Positions 19,402-27,799 of a DNA stretch of 64,000 nt are shown here, piece after piece. Under the pieces are notes generated by a model that worked only from the letters and a program-made list of their open reading frames with translations, was not told the DNA's origin and searched no databases. The stretch lies in assembly GCA_963666035.2 (NCBI GenBank), contig CAXXJI010000006.1, positions 2,819-66,818 on the forward strand, in the 5' to 3' direction. The DNA is from Christensenellaceae bacterium (GTDB lineage: Bacteria > Bacillota > Clostridia > Christensenellales > CALMFG01). The position numbers and the translations under genes are program-made. The stretch's first letter is position 1, and each line of letters begins with the position of its first letter.

Positions 19402-20550
19402 ATGAAGAGGATAGTTGTGTTGTTTTTAGTGCTGGCTATGGTTCTGTCATTTGCAGCTTGCGGTAATGTGCCGGAAGATCCGACTGTTGCTGATACATCG
19501 GAAGAAACTGCAGATATGAGCGAAGACAGCGGAAGCGATGCTGTGTCAGAAGAATTGACTGAGGTTACTTTTGTTCTTCCACGTACGATTGAAGTGCTTG
19601 AAGATACTCCGTTCTGGGTAGCAACAACGCAGGGATATTGGGCAGAAGAAGGCTTGAAAGTGAATATCGAACAGTCTTTCGGAACCACTGACGTTAAGAT
19701 GGTGGCAACAGGACAGGCAGAATTCTGTGTTCCTGGTACCTCTTATGTGCTGACTGCGGTTGTTAATGAACTTCCGGTTAAAGCTGTTTATCAGTATGAC
19801 GCTGTTAACATCTGGGTTATGGCTTACTTAAAAGACAGCGGAATTACATCTTGGGAAGACATGAAGGGCAAAACGGTTGCATTGGGCGACGCTTCTTGGG
19901 AAGCTTTGATCTCGCCGACATTGATTGCTGCTGGTCTTGACCCCGCAAATGACCTTGAATTCATCGTCGCTGGAGAAAACCGCTTCGTCCAAGTACAAGA
20001 AGGCAAAATTGACCTGCTGTTCTCATGGCTCGGTGAAATCTACCAGCTGCAGGGACAAGGATTTGATTTCGACTTCCTGTGGGGAGATGACGTCATTCAG
20101 ACAACTGGTAATCCGGTTGTTACCAGCTATGACATGATCGAAAACCATCCTGACATCGTAGAAGGTTTTGTACGTGGATTGGCTAAGGGCGCATATTTCA
20201 CATATGTGAATCCCGAAGCAGGCGCTGATATTTCATGCGCAAGATTCCCGAACATCGACGTCAGCTGGGATGCTGCGATCGGTATCCAAAACGGTCGTGT
20301 TGCTCAAATGTTTGGTGTTGGCGATGCAACCAATGAGAAAATGCTTGAAAAAATCGGCTGGCACTTTGAAGACAAATGGAGAACCACTGTAGACGGTTCC
20401 GTAGGTTCTATTGAAGGCTTAACATCTGATATCGACTTTGATTTGATTTACACCAATGAATTTATCGATGCTGCCAATGATTGGGACAGAGCGGAAGTTG
20501 AAGCTGATGCGTTGAATTATGAATTCACCGTAAAGGACAACTATAAGTAA
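19402..20550 (+). CDS. ABC substrate-binding lipoprotein, NMT1/THI5 (NitT/TauT) type
   Basis: Signal peptide plus lipobox LSFAACG, then an acidic linker. GKTVALG and a FVQVQEGKIDLL-type core are present. Confidence 0.75.
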   Translation: MKRIVVLFLVLAMVLSFAACGNVPEDPTVADTSEETADMSEDSGSDAVSEELTEVTFVLPRTIEVLEDTPFWVATTQGYWAEEGLKVNIEQSFGTTDVKMVATGQAEFCVPGTSYVLTAVVNELPVKAVYQYDAVNIWVMAYLKDSGITSWEDMKGKTVALGDASWEALISPTLIAAGLDPANDLEFIVAGENRFVQVQEGKIDLLFSWLGEIYQLQGQGFDFDFLWGDDVIQTTGNPVVTSYDMIENHPDIVEGFVRGLAKGAYFTYVNPEAGADISCARFPNIDVSWDAAIGIQNGRVAQMFGVGDATNEKMLEKIGWHFEDKWRTTVDGSVGSIEGLTSDIDFDLIYTNEFIDAANDWDRAEVEADALNYEFTVKDNYK

Positions 20551-20578
20551 ACAATTCATAATCTAACCTAAGAATAAA

Positions 20579-20610
20579 CCTGCCGGCGTCATGCCGGCAG
20601 GATTTATCTA
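20579..20610 (+). terminator. Hairpin terminator after the binding-protein gene
   Basis: cctgccggc-gtcat-gccggcagg followed by atttatct. The U-tail is modest. Confidence 0.55.
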
Positions 20611-20638
20611 TCATATGGGTAATAAGGAGGAAAAGCAG

Positions 20639-21850
20639 GTGAACCGAGAAAGAGTAAGTATTATTCTTGCGACGATTATCCTTGCGTTTTTTTTGTTTTC
20701 GGGATGTTCCGGGGCCGAGTATGACAGTGAGAAGGACAGAAGCACTGTGATTGCCACGGTGAATGGGCAACCTCTTTACAAAGGCGATTTAAATGACCGC
20801 TGGGCGGCAGTGGAGCCGATGATGGAGGCCGCATTTGAGGATATGACGGATGCGGAAGAAAAGAAAACCACCAAAGAATACAAAGCGAATCTCGTGGATG
20901 GAATGGTGAAACAAGAAGTGTTAAGCCAGATGGCCAGCGACGAGACCTATCAGATTAAATTGACCGATGCAGATTTATTGGCGATTGAAGCGCAGTATCA
21001 GGACACATTAAACGAAATCACAGCATTTATTTTAGAAAACTACCAGCAGTCCGGCATCACGGACGTCTCGGAAGAGCAGATGAACGCAGAAGTTGCGGCG
21101 TTCTTCGAGGGCCAGGGTACAACGTCGGATGCGTTTTATGATAATATAAAAGAAATGAAAAAACGCGCCAAGCTGAAAGATGCGGTCATTGAAAACGTGA
21201 CTGATGTGACAAAAGCCGAAGTGAGCGCATACTACGACAGCATGCTTCAAGAACAGATGAGAACCTATGAAGAGAACCCGGCGCGGTTTGAAGCGGATAT
21301 GCGTGACGGGGATTTGGTATTGTACTATCTCCCGAATTACCGCAGTTACCGCAAGGTCTTTTTGCCGTACACCGACGCGGACATTGAGATCATTGAACTG
21401 ATGATTAGTGCAAAGATGGAAGCCGAGACGCTGGAGGCTATCGACATGGCTTTTTCCAATATCAAGGATGATATTGATTTGGTTTTAAGCGATATTTCCA
21501 ACGGCGTGATAACATTTGCCCAAGCGTCCAAGCAATCATCCGGTGTGGATATGGATAAGCACTATTATATCTCGCAAGATACCATAACGCTGAACGAAGA
21601 CGCCAAACAGGCGGCATTGGCACTGAAAACCGGAGGAGAGATATCCGAAGCGGTTGAGCAGACCAATGGGGCGCTGATCTGGCAGCTGATCGGTGAAGTA
21701 GAAAAAGTGGGTGCTGTAGATTTGGAGAGCGTCTACGATGAGATCGCCGAAATGGCGCTTGCGGATAAACGGGATGCTTTTTGGGAGCAGACACAGCAGG
21801 AATGGCTGGACAGCAGTGATATTAAAATTTATCAACAGAAGATTAAATAA
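20639..21850 (+). CDS. SurA/PrsA-like chaperone-domain lipoprotein
   Basis: GTG start 8 nt after AAGGAGG. Lipobox FLFSGCSG. SurA_N-like VIATVNGQPLYKGDL. The longest ORF (from 20591) would start inside the terminator hairpin. Confidence 0.65.
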   Translation: MNRERVSIILATIILAFFLFSGCSGAEYDSEKDRSTVIATVNGQPLYKGDLNDRWAAVEPMMEAAFEDMTDAEEKKTTKEYKANLVDGMVKQEVLSQMASDETYQIKLTDADLLAIEAQYQDTLNEITAFILENYQQSGITDVSEEQMNAEVAAFFEGQGTTSDAFYDNIKEMKKRAKLKDAVIENVTDVTKAEVSAYYDSMLQEQMRTYEENPARFEADMRDGDLVLYYLPNYRSYRKVFLPYTDADIEIIELMISAKMEAETLEAIDMAFSNIKDDIDLVLSDISNGVITFAQASKQSSGVDMDKHYYISQDTITLNEDAKQAALALKTGGEISEAVEQTNGALIWQLIGEVEKVGAVDLESVYDEIAEMALADKRDAFWEQTQQEWLDSSDIKIYQQKIK

Positions 21851-21877
21851 TAAACGAAATGAGAAAGGACGAAAATC

Positions 21878-22213
21878 ATGGGTGAAGTTAAGGTAAAGTC
21901 GAAGAACGAAGTGAAGATATGGATGGAAGACCAGGAAGTCTGCCGAGAGTACTATAAGACAGATAAAATTACGTTTGGCATGTCCGAACTGCCGCCGGGC
22001 GGCGTGGGCGCGGTGGATCCCGGACACAGCGAAGCGCATGAGGTCTTTTATTGTGTGCAGGGCGAGGTGCTCTGTTACGTATCGCAGGATGATACATACT
22101 ACCGTCTTTGTGAAGGGGACGCCATGATGGTGCCCGAAGGAAAGGACCATAAGCTGTTTAACATCGGCAGTACAAAAGCGATTTTGACTTGGTCCTGTGC
22201 GCCGCATCAATAG
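21878..22213 (+). CDS. Cupin-domain protein
   Basis: 111 aa with HSEAHEVFYCVQGE..GDAMMVPEGKDHKLFN, the cupin motifs 1 and 2. Confidence 0.7.
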   Translation: MGEVKVKSKNEVKIWMEDQEVCREYYKTDKITFGMSELPPGGVGAVDPGHSEAHEVFYCVQGEVLCYVSQDDTYYRLCEGDAMMVPEGKDHKLFNIGSTKAILTWSCAPHQ

Positions 22214-22222
22214 GAGGGCAAA

Positions 22223-23752
22223 ATGTCTGGGTTAATATTGGGAATAGACGTTGGTACGACGTCACTAAAAACCGCTGTTTTTGATAAAAGCGGAGTTCAA
22301 CAGGCATCGGCAGTGGTCGAGTATGATTTGCTGACGCCGAAAACGAATTTTGTAGAAGCGCCTTGTGATATTTACATGAATTCTATCATGGCATGCATGG
22401 ACAAGATTCGTAAAAGTACCGCAGTGGATACGCGAAAAATCGATGTGGTCGGATTTTCGGTGCAGGGCGAAACGCTTTGTTTGCTGGACAAGGATGCAAA
22501 TCCGCTTAAAAATGCGATTATCTGGATGGATAACCGTGCGGGTTCGCAGGCGGAAACACTGCGAAAACAGTTTGGCGACGAAATGTGCTATGAGGTGACC
22601 GGGCAGGTGAGCTTTGAAGCTTGCTGGCCGGTATCCAAAGTGCTGTGGGTCAAAGAGAATGAACCGGAGATTTTTGAAAACATAGGACATGTGCTGCTGC
22701 TGGAAGACTACGTCATCTATCTTCTGACCGGAAAGTTTGTTACGGAAGGGTCGCTACTGACTTCCACGGAGTATTGGGACATTCGAACTAAAAAATATTG
22801 GAAAGAAATGCTGGATTTTATCGGCATCGACCAAAGCTGGCTGCCAGAAATCAAGGAATCCGGCGAGCTTGTGGGCACAATTTTGCCCGGCATAGCGGAT
22901 GCGCTGGGCATTTCACCAAAGGCGCAGATCAGTACCGGATGCCTCGATCAGGCGGCTGGAGCGATTGGCGTCGGCAATATCCGCCCCGGCATTTTTTCGG
23001 AGAATATCGGAGCCGCGCTGGCCATCTGTGTGCCGACCGAAAAGCTGACTTATGACAAAAGCCGGCTGATGCCCGTGCACTATTTTGCTGTGCCGGATAC
23101 GTATATGATGCATACCTTTACCACGGGGGGCATGTGCCTGCGCTGGTTTAGGGACAGCTTCTGTCAGGATACCATTGAAGTTCAGAAAAACACCGGACAG
23201 GATTCGTATTATCTGATGGATAAAGAGGCGGATATGGTAGACCCGGGGTCGGACGGGCTGATTACTCTGCCGCATTTGCAGGGTTCCATGGCGCCGGACG
23301 TCAACCTGAACGCAAAAGGTGTGTTTTATGGCGCGACATTAAAGCATACACGTGCGCATTTTATTCGCAGTATTATGGAAAGCCTTGGATATATTATCTG
23401 CCGCAACCTGGAGGCGATTGAGAATATGGGGCTGGAAGTCAAACAGATTCGCACGATGGGTGGCGGTTCAAAATCGGATGTCTGGAACCAGATTAAAGCT
23501 GATATCACCGGGAAAACGCTGAATGTCACGTATTCGTCACAGGATACGGCGTGTTTGGGCGCCGCAATACTGGCCGGATGTGCGGCAGGTATTTTTACTG
23601 ACATCGAAAGTGCAGTGGCATCCATGGTCAAAATCAAAAAGACATTTGAGCCGGATATGGAAAAGCATCGGATTTATCAAAAGCAGTATGAAAAGTTCAA
23701 GCTGTTGTTCGGTTCGCTTGCGCCGGTTTTCGAGGCGGACGCAAACGACTAA
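22223..23752 (+). CDS. FGGY-family carbohydrate kinase
   Basis: ILGIDVGTTSLK and GGGSKSDVWNQIKADITG. 509 aa. Confidence 0.85.
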   Translation: MSGLILGIDVGTTSLKTAVFDKSGVQQASAVVEYDLLTPKTNFVEAPCDIYMNSIMACMDKIRKSTAVDTRKIDVVGFSVQGETLCLLDKDANPLKNAIIWMDNRAGSQAETLRKQFGDEMCYEVTGQVSFEACWPVSKVLWVKENEPEIFENIGHVLLLEDYVIYLLTGKFVTEGSLLTSTEYWDIRTKKYWKEMLDFIGIDQSWLPEIKESGELVGTILPGIADALGISPKAQISTGCLDQAAGAIGVGNIRPGIFSENIGAALAICVPTEKLTYDKSRLMPVHYFAVPDTYMMHTFTTGGMCLRWFRDSFCQDTIEVQKNTGQDSYYLMDKEADMVDPGSDGLITLPHLQGSMAPDVNLNAKGVFYGATLKHTRAHFIRSIMESLGYIICRNLEAIENMGLEVKQIRTMGGGSKSDVWNQIKADITGKTLNVTYSSQDTACLGAAILAGCAAGIFTDIESAVASMVKIKKTFEPDMEKHRIYQKQYEKFKLLFGSLAPVFEADAND

Positions 23753-23787
23753 AGAGGCGGCAATAAGATTTATCGACGAGGAGAAAT

Positions 23788-24279
23788 ATGGGAGTTAATA
23801 TAAAGGAAGTTCAAAAAAATACATCACCCCATCCGTTTGCACTGGTATCAGCGAAGAAGCCGGATGGGCGAACCAACCTGATGGCGATTTCATGGTGGAC
23901 CTATGTCTCCAATAACCCTCCCACCATCGTCATCTGTGTCAGCAAAAAGGGGCTGACAGGGTCTTTGATTGCTGAAAACAAGGCGTTTGGGCTGAGTATT
24001 GTATCGGAAGACCTAAAAGACAGTGCTTTTCGATGCGGAACCTGCTCGGGCAGGGAGGTAGACAAGGCCGAGGCGTTCGGAATTGCGCTGGCACCCGCGG
24101 AGGAGATTGATGCGGCACTGGTTGAAGCGCATAAAGCGGCGCTGGAATGTCGGGTTTTGCAAAAGGTTGATGGTTATGACCATGATATGTTTATCGCCGA
24201 AGTGGTTGCAACGCGTATCAATCCGGAGGCATCTCAGCTGTTTGCCGTTAAGGGCTATGCCGCGCTGGATACCGTATAA
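23788..24279 (+). CDS. Flavin reductase-like domain protein
   Basis: 163 aa. PFALVSAKKPDGRTNLMAISWWT is typical of the Flavin_Reduct family. Confidence 0.7.
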   Translation: MGVNIKEVQKNTSPHPFALVSAKKPDGRTNLMAISWWTYVSNNPPTIVICVSKKGLTGSLIAENKAFGLSIVSEDLKDSAFRCGTCSGREVDKAEAFGIALAPAEEIDAALVEAHKAALECRVLQKVDGYDHDMFIAEVVATRINPEASQLFAVKGYAALDTV

Positions 24280-24309
24280 GAGGCAGTGAAGGTTAAAGAA
24301 TATGAATAA

Positions 24310-24342
24310 AAGCGAGCATCTGTATAGAGTGCTCGTTTTTTG
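24310..24342 (+). terminator. Rho-independent terminator
   Basis: aagcgagca / tgctcgttt stem followed by a T6 run. Confidence 0.6.
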
Positions 24343-24633
24343 TTGGTTAAAGTAAGCCATCGGCTAGGCCGGTAGTTGCAAAAATCTTTAGCTTTGCCCA
24401 AAAGCAATTCTCGAATATAGTGCTCTTAGCTCACCGCTTAAGAGCAAAAAAAAGCGGCGATATGAGCTTATACCTTAAAGACAAGTTTTCATACAGTCAT
24501 TGGTGTGCAAATATTTCATTGATATTGGTGATTTATGCGATTCTTATCACAATTTTTATATTTGCTGTTCCAAAATTGCAGATTTGCAGTTATGATATAA
24601 AATAATTAATATAAATCGTCGATGGAGAATATC

Positions 24634-25209
24634 ATGGAACAATTAAAGAAGCGCATATTGTCTGATGCAAGGATTAAAAACGGTAATATCATCAAGGTGG
24701 ACGGTTTTATCAATCATCAAATCGATATTAATTTGATGAACGAAATCGGTAAAGAGTTCAAATCGCTGTTTGAAGGAGAAGATATTACAAAAATCATCAC
24801 GATAGAGGCGAGTGGTATTGCTGTGGCTTGTCTCGCCGCACTGCACTTCAACGTTCCGGTTGTTTTTGCCAAAAAGTCAGAAAGCAAAAACATTGACGGC
24901 GAAGTTTACAAGACAGTGGTGACAAGTTACACACGAGGTAAAGATTATACCGTTATTCTTGAGAAACGTCATCTGACATCGGCCGACAGAGTACTGATTG
25001 TCGATGATATTCTGGCGACTGGCAAAGCCCAAAAAGGCCTGCTGGACATCAGCCAACAGGCAGGCGCTGAAGTTGCGGGTATCGGCATTGTCATTGAAAA
25101 AGGGTTTCAGGGCGGCGGAGACAAACTGCGCGGGGCGGGATATAATGTCCAAAGTCTGGCGATCATCGACAGCATGGAGAACAATACGGTCGTATTTCGG
25201 GAGGAGTAA
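24634..25209 (+). CDS. xpt: Xanthine phosphoribosyltransferase
   Basis: MEQLKKRILSDARIKNGNIIKVDGFINHQIDINLMNEIGKEF is colinear with the N-terminus of B. subtilis Xpt. The PRPP loop is VLIVDDILATG. The start has GGAGA 5 nt upstream. Confidence 0.9.
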   Translation: MEQLKKRILSDARIKNGNIIKVDGFINHQIDINLMNEIGKEFKSLFEGEDITKIITIEASGIAVACLAALHFNVPVVFAKKSESKNIDGEVYKTVVTSYTRGKDYTVILEKRHLTSADRVLIVDDILATGKAQKGLLDISQQAGAEVAGIGIVIEKGFQGGGDKLRGAGYNVQSLAIIDSMENNTVVFREE

Positions 25210-25261
25210 TCGCGTGGCTTGTGAAGGTTGACGAATTCGAATGATAAAGAATAAAGAGAAC

Positions 25262-25297
25262 AACCCCTCGGTTGAAACGGAGGGGTTAATTTATTTC
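25262..25297. terminator. Bidirectional terminator between xpt and the LacI-fusion gene
   Basis: aacccctc / gaggggtt stem with T-rich tails on both strands. Confidence 0.6.
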
Positions 25298-25327
25298 TAA
25301 TACCTGTGTGTTTAGAAAAAATGAAGA

Positions 25328-27568
25328 TTACGATTGGATGAGTTCACCGAGATCCTTGCTTAGGTGTTTCATTGCGCTGTCCACGGACTGGCCTTCCCTT
25401 AATATCCGCATAATGTATTGATAAATCAACGCTTCCACTAAAGTGATAGAAATCAGTTTTCCGTCTTTCGCTTTAATCGATTTGCGCTGCATATTTCCGG
25501 CATAAGTTTTGTAGATCAGAGGCAGCCATGGGTAGTGACTGGCCAGTTCGTCGTTGGTGTAGACGTTTTTCAGCGGAGATTGTCCATCGAGAATGGTAAA
25601 ATATCGGCTCATCTCCACATCGCTGGTCCACTTAAGAAACGCCAGCGCGGCCGAAGGATCCTGATTAGTCGAAGGAATGGCGAGGCCCCAGCTGCCTAAA
25701 ACTGAATGGTTGCCGGGAATATTAGCATACCCGATTTTTCCGACGATTTCCGATTTCATATTGTTGTTAACGTCCACGATAAAAGCCGCATAACTCATCA
25801 GCATCGCTGAGTTTCCAGAATAGAAGTCCTGGATTGAATCTTCAACATTATAGTTTAAGGTGTCGGGCGGCGCGAATTTAAAGGCTTCGATGAAGTTGTT
25901 AACGCCCTTTTTAAAGGCATCCGATGTGACTGCCGCATTACCATTCTCGTCAAAAATACGGGCATTGTATGCCCAAACTCGCGGCAAAAGCTCTGGAAGC
26001 AAAAGCACGTCATTTTTGGATGGCAGTGAAGTGCCGTACAGCACGGGAGACGCGGCATTGATGGAACGTGTAAAGAAACTGCTGATGACGTTGAACTCAA
26101 ACCAGGTTCTTGGCACATGCAGATTCGTGCCATATTTTTTCTTAAATGCGGCACAGAGGTTGGGATTCTCAAAAAGATCACGCCGGAAAAGCAGCAGCTG
26201 CGGACCGAAAAGAAAGGGGAGACCGTAGTATTTTTTGTCTACCATACCGACTTTATTCAAAAGGTCGTCTAAGAACACACCCTGGTCGAGACTTTCGGAC
26301 CTGACAAAGTCGGTGATATCCATCAGACGGTCATTGGCCACCAGAATATCCAGCCATGGATTATCATACATACAGACATCAAACTCTGAAAGATAATCGC
26401 GATTGCGAAGCTTGGACAGCAAGGTGCTATGGTCACAAAGGGTGACATCAACATCAATCCCCGTTTTGCGCGAAAACTCCGCGTGGGTGCGAATAATACC
26501 ATGTGCATTTGGAGAATCCAAGAAAAGCACTTTTAACTTTTTTTCGATGGTTTTGCTGGCTGTCGAGGGCAGCTTAGGCGTTTCAAACAGGTTTTTCCCG
26601 ATGATCTTATCCTTGAGCAGAATCTGCTGCTTTTCAAACATCAGCGGGCTGGAAATATTGTTTAACAGCAGACGAGCAGCGCGTGTACCCATATAATAGG
26701 CGGGGCGCATGGTGACGATAATATTATTGTATTTAATGATGCTGGAAAGTGTTTCTTCACCAATGGATATCATCAGCATATCATCGTATAGCGAAATGCC
26801 GGCAAAATAGGCAGCTTGCTCCAAACCATTTGTAATCAATCGCGAGGTGGAAATAACAGCATCCGGCGCGCAATCCTGAAACAATGTGATACCCGAACGG
26901 AAAGCTTCTTCTTTTGTCATATGAATATGTCGAATTAAACTGTTGTTGGATTCCAATCCATGCTCGGCAAAAAAATCTCGGTGAGCATTGGCATATGCCG
27001 CTTCACAGCTGAAATGTTCGGGACCTGCGATCAGAGCAATTTTCCGGTATCCATGCTGATGGAGCTGCTCAAGCAGATATTTTGCGGTTTCGTACTGGTC
27101 AATTGAGACATAATTTGCATCATCAAAGGATACGTTTCGGTCAATAAAAACAATCGGCGTATCCTTAATATCTTTGTAGAATTTCTGGTCGCGTAAGCAG
27201 GACATGACGACGATACCGCACACATCTTTTTTGAGAAAAGAATCCACTGCCGACATCTCGATATCCGGCATATCACCGGTCAGTGCAATGTTAAGATAGC
27301 ATCCCGATTTTCGAAATTCCGATTCCATACCTTCAAGAAGGTTTGCGTAATAGTATTCGGCAGTATTTGGGAAAATGACACCGATTTCGCGCGTGCTGTT
27401 ATTTCTTAAGTTTTTTGCGTAAGGGTTTGGCCGATAATTCAGCTCTTCAATTGCTTCGGCCACCTTTTCTGCAGTTTTAGGCATCACATGCTTTGCGCCG
27501 GTCAAGAAATTTGAAACAGTACCAATAGACACATTCGCATGCTTTGCAACGTCTTTGATCGTGGCCAT
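25328..27568 (-). CDS. LacI-family regulator (HTH plus type-1 sugar-binding core) fused to a C-terminal family-1 ABC solute-binding-protein-like domain
   Basis: 746 aa. N-terminus MATIKDVAKHANVSIGTVSNFLTG..YRPNPYAKNLR, then a PBP1 core to about aa 335. Residues 345-746 carry SBP_bac_1-like blocks (DVCMYDNPWLDILV, YYGLPFLFGPQLLLFRRDLFE, GSWGLAIPSTNQDP..AFLKW). There is no signal peptide or TM segment. Confidence 0.8.
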   Translation of the reverse strand: MATIKDVAKHANVSIGTVSNFLTGAKHVMPKTAEKVAEAIEELNYRPNPYAKNLRNNSTREIGVIFPNTAEYYYANLLEGMESEFRKSGCYLNIALTGDMPDIEMSAVDSFLKKDVCGIVVMSCLRDQKFYKDIKDTPIVFIDRNVSFDDANYVSIDQYETAKYLLEQLHQHGYRKIALIAGPEHFSCEAAYANAHRDFFAEHGLESNNSLIRHIHMTKEEAFRSGITLFQDCAPDAVISTSRLITNGLEQAAYFAGISLYDDMLMISIGEETLSSIIKYNNIIVTMRPAYYMGTRAARLLLNNISSPLMFEKQQILLKDKIIGKNLFETPKLPSTASKTIEKKLKVLFLDSPNAHGIIRTHAEFSRKTGIDVDVTLCDHSTLLSKLRNRDYLSEFDVCMYDNPWLDILVANDRLMDITDFVRSESLDQGVFLDDLLNKVGMVDKKYYGLPFLFGPQLLLFRRDLFENPNLCAAFKKKYGTNLHVPRTWFEFNVISSFFTRSINAASPVLYGTSLPSKNDVLLLPELLPRVWAYNARIFDENGNAAVTSDAFKKGVNNFIEAFKFAPPDTLNYNVEDSIQDFYSGNSAMLMSYAAFIVDVNNNMKSEIVGKIGYANIPGNHSVLGSWGLAIPSTNQDPSAALAFLKWTSDVEMSRYFTILDGQSPLKNVYTNDELASHYPWLPLIYKTYAGNMQRKSIKAKDGKLISITLVEALIYQYIMRILREGQSVDSAMKHLSKDLGELIQS

Positions 27569-27668
27569 ATATTTAGTATCCCTCGGAAGTTTTTTCTAAT
27601 TATACAATGGGGCAGATAAAATTGCAATATAAATTGAAACGTTATAATAAAAATTTAAATGAAATTTA

Positions 27669-27696
27669 TTGACTTTTCACCCTGTTAAATTATAAT
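27669..27696 (+). promoter_or_regulatory. Candidate sigma-A promoter (TTGACT-16-TATAAT) for the ABC/fucose operon
   Basis: ttgact at 27669-27674 and tataat at 27691-27696. Confidence 0.55.
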
Positions 27697-27799
27697 AACC
27701 TTAGACTTCAATCAGCGGGTTTGCTGAATTCTATTTGTATAAACAATCTTAGCGTAAATATTCATTTTAATAAAATATCGTTTAGAAGGGGTAAAAACT

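Noticed and set aside
24343-24633. An expected purine (guanine) riboswitch in the 290-nt region upstream of xpt, and a 61-aa ORF (24420-24605) with a hydrophobic stretch.
   Set aside because: I could not find the conserved riboswitch core (UAUAAU..GAUAUGG..UUUCUACC..CCGUAAA..GACUAUG-type junctions) on either strand. The ORF has no RBS and AT-rich composition. An Rfam scan would settle whether a divergent riboswitch is present.
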